Source of the DNA: Candidatus Hydrogenedentota bacterium
GTDB lineage: Bacteria > Hydrogenedentota > Hydrogenedentia > Hydrogenedentales > SLHB01
Reading direction: 5' to 3'
DNA length: 64,000 nt
NCBI GenBank assembly: GCA_963674865.2
Contig: CAXXYE010000009.1
Coordinates: 352,001 to 416,000 of the forward strand
The translations under genes and the position numbers were made by a program. Of the stretch, positions 49,260 to 59,171 are shown in pieces. The notes below the pieces were generated by a model. That model made no database searches and was not told the origin of the DNA. It saw nothing but the letters and a program-made list of their open reading frames with translations. Numbering within the stretch: the first letter of the stretch is position 1; each line of letters starts with the position of its first letter.

Positions 49260-51092
49260 ATGAAACAGTACAATTTTGGCACGTTCACAGTAGATGACTC
49301 GAACCGCGTGGCGTTCGAGACCTGCAGGGATATCGCTAACCTTCGCCCTGTGAGCCCTTTACCCGTTGTGCTCCTTGGCGACCGCGGGTGCGGCAAGACC
49401 CACCTTCTGTACTCAATTGTGAACCGTGTACGCGCAAGTTCCGGCAGAACCGGCCTCGCTTATGTCACCGCCCATGACTTTCCCGAGCAAGTGCGCGCAC
49501 TAATCAGCGACCCGTCCCCCGTGGAACGCGCCGGATCTGCGATACTCCTCGTCGACCAGCTCGAAGGCTTCGACGAATGCGTTGAAGAACTCGACGCCGT
49601 CATTCGCATCTTCCTCGACAATGGCCATTACGTGCTCCTGGCCAGCAATGTCCACCCGGGCCGCCTGCACGCTCTCAGCGAGGAACTGCGCGGCGTGCTG
49701 GCCGCGGGTCACCTTATCGACATCGTCCCCAAGACGGCCGAATCGAAAGCGGAACACGTCTCCGGCGAGATGTGCCGGGAGTACGAAGAACGCATTGCCG
49801 GCCAGCGCAGCGAAATTGAGCGCCTCAAGGAAGCGATGGAGGCTGCGCAGGCGCCTCACGGCACCGGCGATGTGGAGCAGCGTATAGAGACGCTGCAAGG
49901 AGAGAAAGCCCTTCTCGAGGCCGAAGTGGCCGACCTCGGCAGACGGCTATCCCAGACGTCCTCCGAAGTGTCCCACGGCCGGGAGGAATTGCAGCAACTC
50001 CTCACCCGAGTCGAAGCGCTCGTAGGACAGCTTGAAGCGAACCGTGCGCAGGCAAAAAAGCGCGAGCAGGAGCAGGAACGCGAGATTGCCCGCCTCTCCT
50101 CCCTGGTGAATCAAGGCGGACACGCCGCCAAGGCGCCTTCACAGGCCGAACTCAACGGAGTGCTCAAGCAACTGGAGGCCTTACGCGCCGAGTTTGATGC
50201 CGAACGGCGAAACCTCGATCACTCCCTCTCCGAGGCCCGCGAACGCGCCGATGCCGACGTCGGCCGCGCCAAAGCGGAGGTCCGCCGCGCCATGCAGGAG
50301 CGCGACCAGGCCATCGAAGAGCAGCGTCGCGTACTTGAGGCCCTCGACCGCGCCAAGGCCCGGCGCGATGAATACCGCTTGGCGTCCGAACGCGCCAACA
50401 TCGAAGTCGAGAGTCTTCGGATGGATGTGGCCCAGTCCAGAGAGGCGGACGCCAGGCTCCGCGCCGAACTCGAAGAGGCGGCTGCGGCGCGCCGCGCGGC
50501 CGAGGACGAGACGGAACAGCTACGCGCGGCCTTGAACGGACAAGCCGCCGACATGGAGGCCCTGCGCCGTGAAGCGGCGGCCCAAGTCGCCGAAGCGAAC
50601 GCCCACGCGGGCGAGTCGGCCCGTCGGTTGAGCGAGATCTCGACGGAGTTCGACGCGATGCGCGCCATGTGCCGCGATATCGAAACCGAACTTGCCGGCA
50701 TCCTGGCTCGTCAAGCCGCCGAGGCCGAAGCCGCCAAGGAGTTGGTGGCGCGCCTGACAACACACGAGCCGCACACGCCGCCTCCCGCGCCTCCCGAAGA
50801 GAAGGAGCGAATGGAAATGCCCGGGGACGACCTCGAGCAGGAACCTGAGCCTTCGCTCGAGAGTTGGGACGAGGAGGATGGTTCCCCTGTCAAGGCCGTA
50901 CAGGAGGCGGCCGGCCCCGTCCAAGGGCAAGCCGCTCGATTCGTTCCCTTGGATCCGGCCGACTACGCCCTCGGAGATAACGGCAGGAACGATGAGGACG
51001 AAGTCGAGGACGAGCCTGCCCCCGCGCGCAGGGGCCTTGGATTCCTTCACGAGGTAAGCTCCTTCGACGACGAGGTCGACCATTCCATATAG
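49260..51092 (+). CDS. DnaA/Hda-like AAA+ domain fused to a long coiled coil and acidic tail
   Basis: YNFGTFTVDDSNRVA, GDRGCGKTHLL, YVTA, ILLVDQL; then E/A/R/L/Q-rich heptads. Confidence 0.8.
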   Translation: MKQYNFGTFTVDDSNRVAFETCRDIANLRPVSPLPVVLLGDRGCGKTHLLYSIVNRVRASSGRTGLAYVTAHDFPEQVRALISDPSPVERAGSAILLVDQLEGFDECVEELDAVIRIFLDNGHYVLLASNVHPGRLHALSEELRGVLAAGHLIDIVPKTAESKAEHVSGEMCREYEERIAGQRSEIERLKEAMEAAQAPHGTGDVEQRIETLQGEKALLEAEVADLGRRLSQTSSEVSHGREELQQLLTRVEALVGQLEANRAQAKKREQEQEREIARLSSLVNQGGHAAKAPSQAELNGVLKQLEALRAEFDAERRNLDHSLSEARERADADVGRAKAEVRRAMQERDQAIEEQRRVLEALDRAKARRDEYRLASERANIEVESLRMDVAQSREADARLRAELEEAAAARRAAEDETEQLRAALNGQAADMEALRREAAAQVAEANAHAGESARRLSEISTEFDAMRAMCRDIETELAGILARQAAEAEAAKELVARLTTHEPHTPPPAPPEEKERMEMPGDDLEQEPEPSLESWDEEDGSPVKAVQEAAGPVQGQAARFVPLDPADYALGDNGRNDEDEVEDEPAPARRGLGFLHEVSSFDDEVDHSI

Positions 51093-51172
51093 CGCGCGTC
51101 CAGTGCGACTACGTGTCCCCAAATCTCCGGGCCCGCTTGGAAGACGCCGCCGCCCCATGCCATACTCCCCGC

Positions 51173-51742
51173 ATGAACTCATTCCCCGAAAGCGTCATCG
51201 ATCTGTTCGCCTCCATCCATCCTCTGGACCGCGTGGCCCGCGCCGGATTTGTGCTCCGAGGCGTCGCCGAACCGGAGTCCGTCGCGGCGCACAGCCACTT
51301 CCTCGCGCTGATGACTGCCCTCTTTGTCGACGAATATCCCGACCTCTTCGACCGGGGCAAGGCCGTCACCATGGCCCTCATCCACGACCTTCCCGAGGCA
51401 CGAATGATGGACATTCCGCTCCCCGCTGAGGATGCCTACCTCAGGGAGGCCAAAGGCCGAGCGGAGCAAGCCATCATGGAAGATCTGTTCCGGGCGTTCC
51501 CGGAACGCTACAAGCTCTACCAGGAGGAGCTGATGGCTGCGGCCAGTCCCGAAGCCCGCCTTGTCCGTGGACTCGATAAGGCCCAGATGATGGTGAAAGT
51601 GCTGATGTACGAGCGCGAAGGCCGCGGGCGCCTCGATGAATTCTGGGAAAACCCCCGCAATTTCGCCGATTACGGCCTCGATCCCGTGTCCGCCTTATTC
51701 GACGCTATCTGCGCTCGTGCCGGACGCTCCCGTCCCCGGTAG
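51173..51742 (+). CDS. HD-domain hydrolase (HDDC2/YfbR-like)
   Basis: R.GF, ESVAAHS, MALIHDLPEA, EARLVRGLDK. Confidence 0.88.
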   Translation: MNSFPESVIDLFASIHPLDRVARAGFVLRGVAEPESVAAHSHFLALMTALFVDEYPDLFDRGKAVTMALIHDLPEARMMDIPLPAEDAYLREAKGRAEQAIMEDLFRAFPERYKLYQEELMAAASPEARLVRGLDKAQMMVKVLMYEREGRGRLDEFWENPRNFADYGLDPVSALFDAICARAGRSRPR

Positions 51743-51783
51743 TCCCGCCCCCGGCGGGAGGCCACAAAGCGGGGGATATTGAA

Positions 51784-51882
51784 TTGGACGCCGACACGAC
51801 CTTTGAGACGGAGCGTCTGCTGCTCAGGCCGCTCACCATGGATGACCTGCCCGCGGTATTCGAGCGAACGGCGCCTTCTTGA
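51784..51882 (+). pseudogene. N-terminal remnant of a RimJ/RimL-type GNAT acetyltransferase
   Basis: Reads LDADTTFETERLLLRPLTMDDLPAVFERTAPS*; no continuation seen. Confidence 0.55.
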
Positions 51883-52066
51883 CAGGCACTGGGGATTCGC
51901 ACCCCATTTGCCGGCGATGAATGAAGTGAGGGTGGATTTACAATACGCCGAATCTGTTTTGTTTAGGGGAACAAAGGGCAGAGGAGGTCGTTCGCCCGGC
52001 CTCCGGAGTTCTTGTGCGGGAATGAATAGCGCTGCTATCCTGTGATCAAGGCGAGGAGGGCTGGCG

Positions 52067-54055
52067 ATGTTGTACTACGGCGCGTGTTACTACCCCGAGC
52101 ATTGGACGGCCGAGCAGGCCAAGAATGATATCCCGCTGATGAAGAAGGCGGGCATCAATGTCGTGCGGATGGGCGAGTTCGCGTGGTGCAAGTTCGAGCC
52201 CGAGCAGGGGCGGTACAAATTCGACTGGCTCGACCCGGTGATCGCGGCCTTGCACAAGGCGGGGATTGCTACGGTGCTCGGGACGCCGACGGCTATCCCG
52301 CCCCACTGGGCCCTGATGCGCCATCCCGACATTCTTCAGGTGGATCGCTTCGGCCATACGATTAACCAAGGCGCGCGATGCCACTGCTGCAAGAATGCAC
52401 CCGGTTACCAAATGCTCGCTGAATCCGTCACACGGGCGATAGGCTTGCATTACGCGGGGATGGACGGCGTGATCGGCTGGCAGGTGGACAATGAGTTCGG
52501 ATGTCACGAATCGACCCGCTGCTATTGCGAGCACTGCGCCAAAGCATTCCGCGAGTGGCTGCTCGAAAAGTACAAGGCGGAGGAAGCGCTGAACATGGCG
52601 TGGGGCACGGCGTTCTGGGGATTTGAGTTCCGGAACTGGCCCGAGGTGCCGCTGCCTCGACATATGCCCACGGGGCCGAATCCAGGGCACTGGCTCGATT
52701 TCGCCAGATTCTCGTCGGACACGCAGGTGCGGTTTCAGCGTTCGCTTTCTCAGGCGCTGAAGAATACCTGCCCGAAGCACTTCGTCACGCACAATTACAT
52801 GGGCCGCTTTTCTCAGATCGACTACTACAAGCTATCCGAGCATGTCGATTTCCCAACGTGGGACAACTATCCCGATGCCCATGCCGATCCGCTCGAGCCG
52901 GCCTACGGACATGAAATCACGCGCTCCTTCAAGAATAAGTTCTGGGTGATGGAACAGAAGAGCGGCCCCACGGGCGACGCCGAAACCGGACTTCTCGGCG
53001 AGCAGCCCGAGCCGGGCGAGATCCGCCGGTGGGCCTGGCAGGCCATTGCCAACGGCGCCGACGGCCTGTGTTACTTCCGCTGGCGTGCCTGCCTGACGGG
53101 CGCGGAGCAATATTGGCACGGAATGCTGGATCACGACGGCGTACCTAGACGCCGGTACGTCGAAATCGCCAAGACGGGCGAGGAGTTCGCCCGGATCAGC
53201 GAGCACGTGGCCGAGACGCGCGTCCCCGCGCGTGTTGCGCTCATCCGCGATTTCGACACCCTCTGGAGCTGCGAGCGGCAACCCACGGCGCCCGATTCAA
53301 ACTACGACCACCACTGCTTCGAGTTGTACAGGGCCGTCAAGCGCACGGGCAACTCCTGCCGCGTCCTCAGCCGGGGTGAGGATGTCTCCTCCTATGCCGT
53401 CGTGCTGGCGCCATGCCTCGCCTTGGTGGACAAAGACGTTGTCGAGCGCCTGAAAGCCTTCGTGTCGAACGGCGGGACGCTGGTACTGACGCCGCGTTCA
53501 GGAACGCGCACCGTGTCGAACACCATGACGCCCTTCACCCCGCCGGGACTCCTCGCCGAACTTGCCGGAACCACCATCGAGGAAGTCCGCCCCTACCACC
53601 ACGGCCAAACGGATGAGATTCAGTTCACCGACGGTAAGCTCAAAGGCCAAACATGCACCGTCGGGCGGTGGGTCGAGGTGCTGAAATGCGCGAGTGCCAA
53701 GCCGGTAGCCGAATACGCCGCCGATCGCTTCTACAAGGGCCGGCCCGCCATCGCCTGTAACACGCTGGGCAAAGGCAAAGTCTATTACATCGGCGTCTTC
53801 CTCCCGATGGACGCCTTGGAAGCGTTTGTGTCGGACATCCTGCCCGCGTTTCCCATCGCCCCCATTCCCGAGGGCGTCGAGGCCACGTGCCGCAAGGGCA
53901 AGAACGGCCTGTATGTGTTTCTTCTCAACCACAGTTCTTCACAGCAAGTGGTGAAGCTGCCGGGGAAGTATACGGACCTCCTCAGCGGCGAGGGCATAGG
54001 CTCCGAGGTCAAGCTCGCCGCCAACGGCGTCGTCGTGTTCAAAGCATCGTCCTAA
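52067..54055 (+). CDS. Beta-galactosidase (GH42)
   Basis: YYPEHW, GEFAW, WQVDNE, Cys Zn cluster, WVMEQ, YFRWR, EQYWHG. Confidence 0.93.
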   Translation: MLYYGACYYPEHWTAEQAKNDIPLMKKAGINVVRMGEFAWCKFEPEQGRYKFDWLDPVIAALHKAGIATVLGTPTAIPPHWALMRHPDILQVDRFGHTINQGARCHCCKNAPGYQMLAESVTRAIGLHYAGMDGVIGWQVDNEFGCHESTRCYCEHCAKAFREWLLEKYKAEEALNMAWGTAFWGFEFRNWPEVPLPRHMPTGPNPGHWLDFARFSSDTQVRFQRSLSQALKNTCPKHFVTHNYMGRFSQIDYYKLSEHVDFPTWDNYPDAHADPLEPAYGHEITRSFKNKFWVMEQKSGPTGDAETGLLGEQPEPGEIRRWAWQAIANGADGLCYFRWRACLTGAEQYWHGMLDHDGVPRRRYVEIAKTGEEFARISEHVAETRVPARVALIRDFDTLWSCERQPTAPDSNYDHHCFELYRAVKRTGNSCRVLSRGEDVSSYAVVLAPCLALVDKDVVERLKAFVSNGGTLVLTPRSGTRTVSNTMTPFTPPGLLAELAGTTIEEVRPYHHGQTDEIQFTDGKLKGQTCTVGRWVEVLKCASAKPVAEYAADRFYKGRPAIACNTLGKGKVYYIGVFLPMDALEAFVSDILPAFPIAPIPEGVEATCRKGKNGLYVFLLNHSSSQQVVKLPGKYTDLLSGEGIGSEVKLAANGVVVFKASS

Positions 54056-54137
54056 GACGCCGCATAGCGGCGCCGCGGCATCACGCGGTCATGGCCGCTC
54101 CTAGAAGCGGCGCCGCCGCGTGTAGTAGAGTGAAGCC

Positions 54138-55913
54138 ATGCAGGGGAAGATTCTCCTCATAGACGATGACGAGACTATTCGTCGAACCATCTCGCTCATC
54201 CTCGAGCGCGACGGATACGTCACCGACGTCGCCGCGACGGGCGCCGAGGCCAAGGCGGCACTGGCGAACACCGAGTACGACTTGGCCGTAGTCGACCTCC
54301 TGCTGCCGGACCTCAGCGGGATTGACCTCCTGAAGTGGGCGCGGGAACACGCCCCAGGCGTGGTATCCGTCGTGCTCTCAGGCACGACCTCCCCCGAGGA
54401 GGCGGCGGAAGCGGTGCAACAGGGAGCCTATGACTTCGTTGCCAAGCCCGTCACAAACCCGCATGCCTTCTGCCATCGCATTCAGGGAGCCATCCGGCAC
54501 AAACGGCTTGCGGCGCGGCACGATGAACTCCTCAAGGAATTGGAGCAGAAGAACACCGAACTCGAAAATCGCCTCGCGCAATTGGAGTTGGCCTACCACG
54601 CGCTTCAGGCCCAGGCCGTCGCCATACAGGTCGACCTGAACCGCGCCATGCACATCCAGCGCGGATTGCTGCCCAGGGAACTCCCCTTCTCGGATAAAGT
54701 CTCCATGGCCGCGGCCTTTCACCCGATGGACAAAGTCGGCGGAGATCTGTACGACGTGTTCCCGCTGGACGCGCGCCGCCTCGGACTCTATATCGCCGAC
54801 ACCTCCGGGCACGGCGTGAGCGGGGCCATGTTGACGCTGTTCCTACGCCGAGCCCTCGAGCCCGCCGCAAAGGAAGACTCCGGCGAAGTCCGAAGCCCCG
54901 GCCACGTGCTGCGCCTATTGAACGACAACATCATCCGCGACATACCCGCGCGCGAGATGTTCGTCTCCATGATCTACCTCATCGTCGACGTCGACACCAT
55001 GGAGGTGAGCTACTCCTGCGCCGGCCATCCGCCCCTTCTCTTGCGCCGCACGGACGGCACAGTCGAGCCGCTCCACGTATCGGCGCCCGTGCTCGGTGTC
55101 AACTCGGAAGTCCGCTACACCCAGGCCTCCTTCCAAATGAATCCGGGCGACCTGATGCTCCTCTACACGGATGGCGCGGCCAACGTCAACGACGACACGG
55201 GCGAGCCCTTCGGCGCTAAACGCCTACGCGAACTCGTGAGCGAAACATCCGGCCACGTGGACGAACTTGTGCCGCGGCTCGAAGACGCGCTCGTCCGCTA
55301 CTCCGAGTCCTGTCCATGGCCCGATGATGTCACAATCGTGGCCCTCGGCGCCGAGCCGCAGCGGACGCCGCTCGATGCCTCGATGGAGGGAACGGCCGCC
55401 GCCGTACCAGTCGATTCGCCGCCGGCCGTCCGGGCAACGGCCGAGGATGGCCGACTGTTCATCAGCGTGTCCGGGGCCGGATCCTGGCAAGAAAGCCAGC
55501 GCGTGCTCCAACTGTGTAATGAAGCACGCGACCGTGGCGACAGCGCCGTCATCCTGGACCTCGAGCATTGCCTGCGCCTCGACAGCACTTTCTACGGCGT
55601 TCTCCACGAGATCGCGACTTCTTTCGACGGCCAGGATCGCTGCAATTTCGAGATCCAGAATGTGCCTCACAAGATCCTCAGGGAATTCGGCGAACTGGGC
55701 CTTACGGCCGTCCTGATGCATTTCCGCCCCGAGCCGCTCCCCCTCCCCGCGTCGATGCGCCCCATCGAAACTACCGTGCCCGCCCGCGCGGAAATGGGCC
55801 GCCTGCTTCTCAGTGCCCACGAAGCCTTGGTGGCCGCCGATCCGAAAAACGCCGACCGCTTCGCAGCCGTCCTCAAATTGCTTCACGAGCAGGCTCAGAA
55901 GCACGGGCGCTGA
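54138..55913 (+). CDS. Receiver + coiled coil + SpoIIE/PP2C phosphatase + STAS fusion
   Basis: IDDD..VD..KP receiver; GGDLYD, IADTSGHG, AGHPP, YTDG, DDVT; STAS ILDL..C..LDST. Confidence 0.88.
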   Translation: MQGKILLIDDDETIRRTISLILERDGYVTDVAATGAEAKAALANTEYDLAVVDLLLPDLSGIDLLKWAREHAPGVVSVVLSGTTSPEEAAEAVQQGAYDFVAKPVTNPHAFCHRIQGAIRHKRLAARHDELLKELEQKNTELENRLAQLELAYHALQAQAVAIQVDLNRAMHIQRGLLPRELPFSDKVSMAAAFHPMDKVGGDLYDVFPLDARRLGLYIADTSGHGVSGAMLTLFLRRALEPAAKEDSGEVRSPGHVLRLLNDNIIRDIPAREMFVSMIYLIVDVDTMEVSYSCAGHPPLLLRRTDGTVEPLHVSAPVLGVNSEVRYTQASFQMNPGDLMLLYTDGAANVNDDTGEPFGAKRLRELVSETSGHVDELVPRLEDALVRYSESCPWPDDVTIVALGAEPQRTPLDASMEGTAAAVPVDSPPAVRATAEDGRLFISVSGAGSWQESQRVLQLCNEARDRGDSAVILDLEHCLRLDSTFYGVLHEIATSFDGQDRCNFEIQNVPHKILREFGELGLTAVLMHFRPEPLPLPASMRPIETTVPARAEMGRLLLSAHEALVAADPKNADRFAAVLKLLHEQAQKHGR

Positions 55914-56001
55914 CGGCCTATCATCACAGCCGCACTACCAGACGGCGTGCATTCCTCGGCCGGTTCTCGTTGTCCAGACTGCTCCCTCGGCACGAGTGAC
56001 A

Positions 56002-56030
56002 TTGACGCTATGGGCAACCAGGACTACAAT
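56002..56030 (+). promoter_or_regulatory. sigma-70 promoter
   Basis: TTGACG, 17 nt, TACAAT. Confidence 0.7.
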
Positions 56031-56049
56031 GACGGGAAGGGGATCTGTC

Positions 56050-57294
56050 ATGGCCACAGGCGGTTCTGCACGGGGAATCTCGATTGGTTGCGCTATCGTC
56101 CTGCTTGCACTGCCATTTCCGGCGTGCTCTCCCGATCTGTCCCTCACTGGCGTAGAGCGCGTTCCGGACGCTACAGGCCAAGGCTCGCACCGGTTCATCA
56201 CCGGCCAAGTGGTCGATGCCTCGGGCAATCCTATTACCAAATTCGAGTACTTGGTAAGGGGTGGCGCCGTCACGGAAAATGAGCGGGCCGCTGACGGTTC
56301 CCTGCTGGCTATGAAACCTGCTTCGGACCCGAAGGGCGAGTTTCGTGCAAGGTACTCCCAAGTACATGGCCAGAAGCAGACTATCGTGGTGGGCGCACCG
56401 GGACACGTGACGCGATACCACATCTTCGACACGACTGCCCCGGACGCCCTGACAAACGTCAGCATCGTCCTTGATAGGGCGGCTGGGGTGAAGGGGAAGG
56501 TTGTCGATGTAAACGGTGATGGTGTGCCCGGCGCATTGATCTGGATCGGGCCTGTTCCGCGTCCGCGCCACCACGGCAGGCCCGGAGCCATTGCGGAGAC
56601 GGACAAACGCGGACGCTTCTTCTCGGATCGCTTTCCGTCCGGGACAACAACACTGGGAGTGCTTCACCGGGATCACCCAGCCACGTCATTCGATGTGAAC
56701 TTGTCGCTGTCGGAGAAGAACCGGCCCGTCCTTGAGTTGCCGTCGGGGGTGGCCCTGTCCGGGAGCATGCGTTTTGGCGAAGCGCCGGTGCGCGATGGGA
56801 GGATCTTCGTAGAGACGAAGGCGGGTGGCAGGTCGGGCACCCCGGCCGACGGCGCCTTCCAACTCAAGGGTGTGCCGCCGGACGTAACCCATGTCGACTT
56901 CTACGCGTTCCGGTTCGAGTCCACAGGCGAGAAGTCCACCTGGTATCTCAGCAAACCCGTGGATCTTGTCGGCCGAGAGGAACTGAATGTCGACGTCCAG
57001 TTTCCCGTCGGTACCGCCACCCTCACGGGCCAGATTCTCCTTGGAGGTCACGCCAACGAATACGGCGGCTCGTTGTACCTCACGCCACTTGGCGAGTCTG
57101 GGAAGATGCAGATAAGCGCCCATGCGAACGGCCAGGGAAGATATGCCATCTCCGAGATGCCAGAAGGGGACTGGATGGCCCATGCCGATCTCTACGACAA
57201 GGAGTTGGGGGGATTCAATTCACGGCAACAGGTGACTACTCGTGCGGGCCAGATTACCGACCTCACTATCGACTTCCCCCTGAACGACGGATAG
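56050..57294 (+). CDS. Exported (lipo)protein with tandem carboxypeptidase-regulatory-like beta-sandwich repeats
   Basis: Signal/lipobox-like FPAC; four G.VVD..G.P...TD..G.F-like units. Confidence 0.75.
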   Translation: MATGGSARGISIGCAIVLLALPFPACSPDLSLTGVERVPDATGQGSHRFITGQVVDASGNPITKFEYLVRGGAVTENERAADGSLLAMKPASDPKGEFRARYSQVHGQKQTIVVGAPGHVTRYHIFDTTAPDALTNVSIVLDRAAGVKGKVVDVNGDGVPGALIWIGPVPRPRHHGRPGAIAETDKRGRFFSDRFPSGTTTLGVLHRDHPATSFDVNLSLSEKNRPVLELPSGVALSGSMRFGEAPVRDGRIFVETKAGGRSGTPADGAFQLKGVPPDVTHVDFYAFRFESTGEKSTWYLSKPVDLVGREELNVDVQFPVGTATLTGQILLGGHANEYGGSLYLTPLGESGKMQISAHANGQGRYAISEMPEGDWMAHADLYDKELGGFNSRQQVTTRAGQITDLTIDFPLNDG

Positions 57295-57412
57295 CCTTTC
57301 GGCCGTGATGAATCGGACAACTGCGTCCACGCCATTCGATCTGAAATGGCAAAGGCCGGGAGCGCGATCCTCGAAGACCACCTGCTCCCGGCCTTTTCTG
57401 TCTTTACTGTGA

Positions 57413-58572
57413 CTACCGGAACGACTTGGCGAAATCGTCTTCCGTCGATTTCTTCACCGTCTTCTCAAATTTCGATCCCGCGGCCAACTCGCTTAACTTC
57501 TCGGCATAAGCCGCGGCATCAATGGGCACGTCGCACGGCTTGCCCGTCCACGCCGAGTAAAGCATGGCATTGGCGAACTCAACCGAATGTATGCCTTCTT
57601 CCGCCGGGGCAATCAAAGGCTCACCATCGAGAATCGCATTCACGAAGTTCTGCGTGATCATGTAATGCCCGCTCTTTTCATCCGGGAACGGCACATCGAT
57701 ATTCCACACTTCCGGCCGGCGGAATCGGCCCGGATCCGTCTTCGTGAATTCCTTGACGCTCACTTCCGTCCGCGTGAACTTGATCTTCCCGTCTTCGAGG
57801 ACGATCTTGCCGCGATCGCCGGCGATCTCGAGGCGCTCCGAGCCGGGCGCTTCGCCCGTGCTCGCGATGAACACGCCCGTCGCGCCGTTCGCGTACTCGA
57901 AGTACGCCGTCACGTCGTCCTCGGTTTCGATGTCGTGGTACTTCCCGAATCCGCAGAACGCCTGAACGCGGACGGGCAGGCCGCAAAGCCACTGGAACAG
58001 ATCGAGGTTGTGCGGGCACTGGTTGAGAAGTACGCCGCCGCCTTCACCCTTCCAGGTGGCCCGCCAGCCGCCCGAATCATAATATGACTGGCTGCGGAAC
58101 CAACCCGTGATGATCCAATTCGTCCGGACGATCTCGCCAAGTTCCCCGGAGTCGATAAGCGCCTTGATCTTCTTCCATACCGGCCTCGTGCGCATCTGGA
58201 ACATAGCGGAGAACTTGAGGTCCTTGCTCTTCTTATACGCCGCGATGAGGCGCTCGCAGTCCGCCTTATGCACCGAGATCGGCTTCTCGACCAGCACGTG
58301 CACGCCATTCTCGAAAGCATCGATGCCGACCGTCGTATGGGCGTAGTGCGGCGTGGCGATGATCACCGCGTCCACCTCGCCCGAGCGGATCAGCTTCGCG
58401 CTGTCGTCATACAGCTTCAGATCCTCTCCCTTGAACTTCTCGAGGCGCGCTCCGGATCCACATCGCAAACGGCGACAAGCTTGCACCGCTCCACATTGCC
58501 CGGCAACAGGTAGCGGCTATGCGAGCTGCCCATGTTCCCAACGCCGATAATGCCTATTCGTACCATGTCCAT
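57413..58572 (-). CDS. Gfo/Idh/MocA oxidoreductase; frameshift near 58450
   Basis: RIGIIGVGNMG N-terminus in one frame; ATPHYAH, VEKP, GGGVLLNQCPH.LD in another. Confidence 0.88.
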
Positions 58573-58716
58573 CACATCTCTCCTCACACAGTTGTCATTC
58601 CGCGCCCGCATCGTGAAACGCACTCTGACCAACTCTTGCGCGGCCGGATAGCAGGCAGGTTAGAACCTGAGTCTATCAAAACCGGACCGCCCTGTGCGAG
58701 CAAGACGCTGGACGTC

Positions 58717-58745
58717 ATCGCCGGATAACTCGACCGCGCCGCGCA
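58717..58745. repeat. Dispersed intergenic repeat, copy 3 (partial)
   Basis: ATCGCCGGATAACTCGACCGCGCCGCGCA is 27/29 identical to 44090-44118. Confidence 0.7.
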
Positions 58746-59171
58746 ATGGGCTCCTCGACCACCTGTTATCCCCAAACCCCTTCCTGTCGAATAATGGGTG
58801 ATGGAAGCGGGCCGCAGACAACGGCATATGAGACACGCGAGTTAGGCGGCACGCCTCCTCATATCCCCAACATCTTGTCCCCTAAGACCTTGCGCCACAG
58901 CACGATAAGCAACACAAGCACCGGCGGCCAAGGCGAGGTGTTGACAAATCCCCCATTACTGCGCGATACTCTATTTGAGTTAAGCGTAGTATTCATGTTT
59001 TGCAGATTCGTGCCTTCTTTTCACCTTGAGGGTAGTACGAAACACATTGGCAGTATTCGTAGTTCTTGTATCTTCGCATGACGCCATCGCGGAACACGGG
59101 GAACGTCGGGCAAGCTCAGTCTATGTCCGTGGTATGAACAAAAGACAAACGACCTGAGAAGGAACTTCGTC

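Noticed and set aside
49260..49760. Calling this gene dnaA or hda
   Set aside because: Lacks domains I and IV, has a degenerate Walker B and arginine finger, and has no dnaN/oriC context
58766..58774. DnaA-box-like TTATCCCCA near an AT-rich tract
   Set aside because: Single mismatched box with no array; expected by chance
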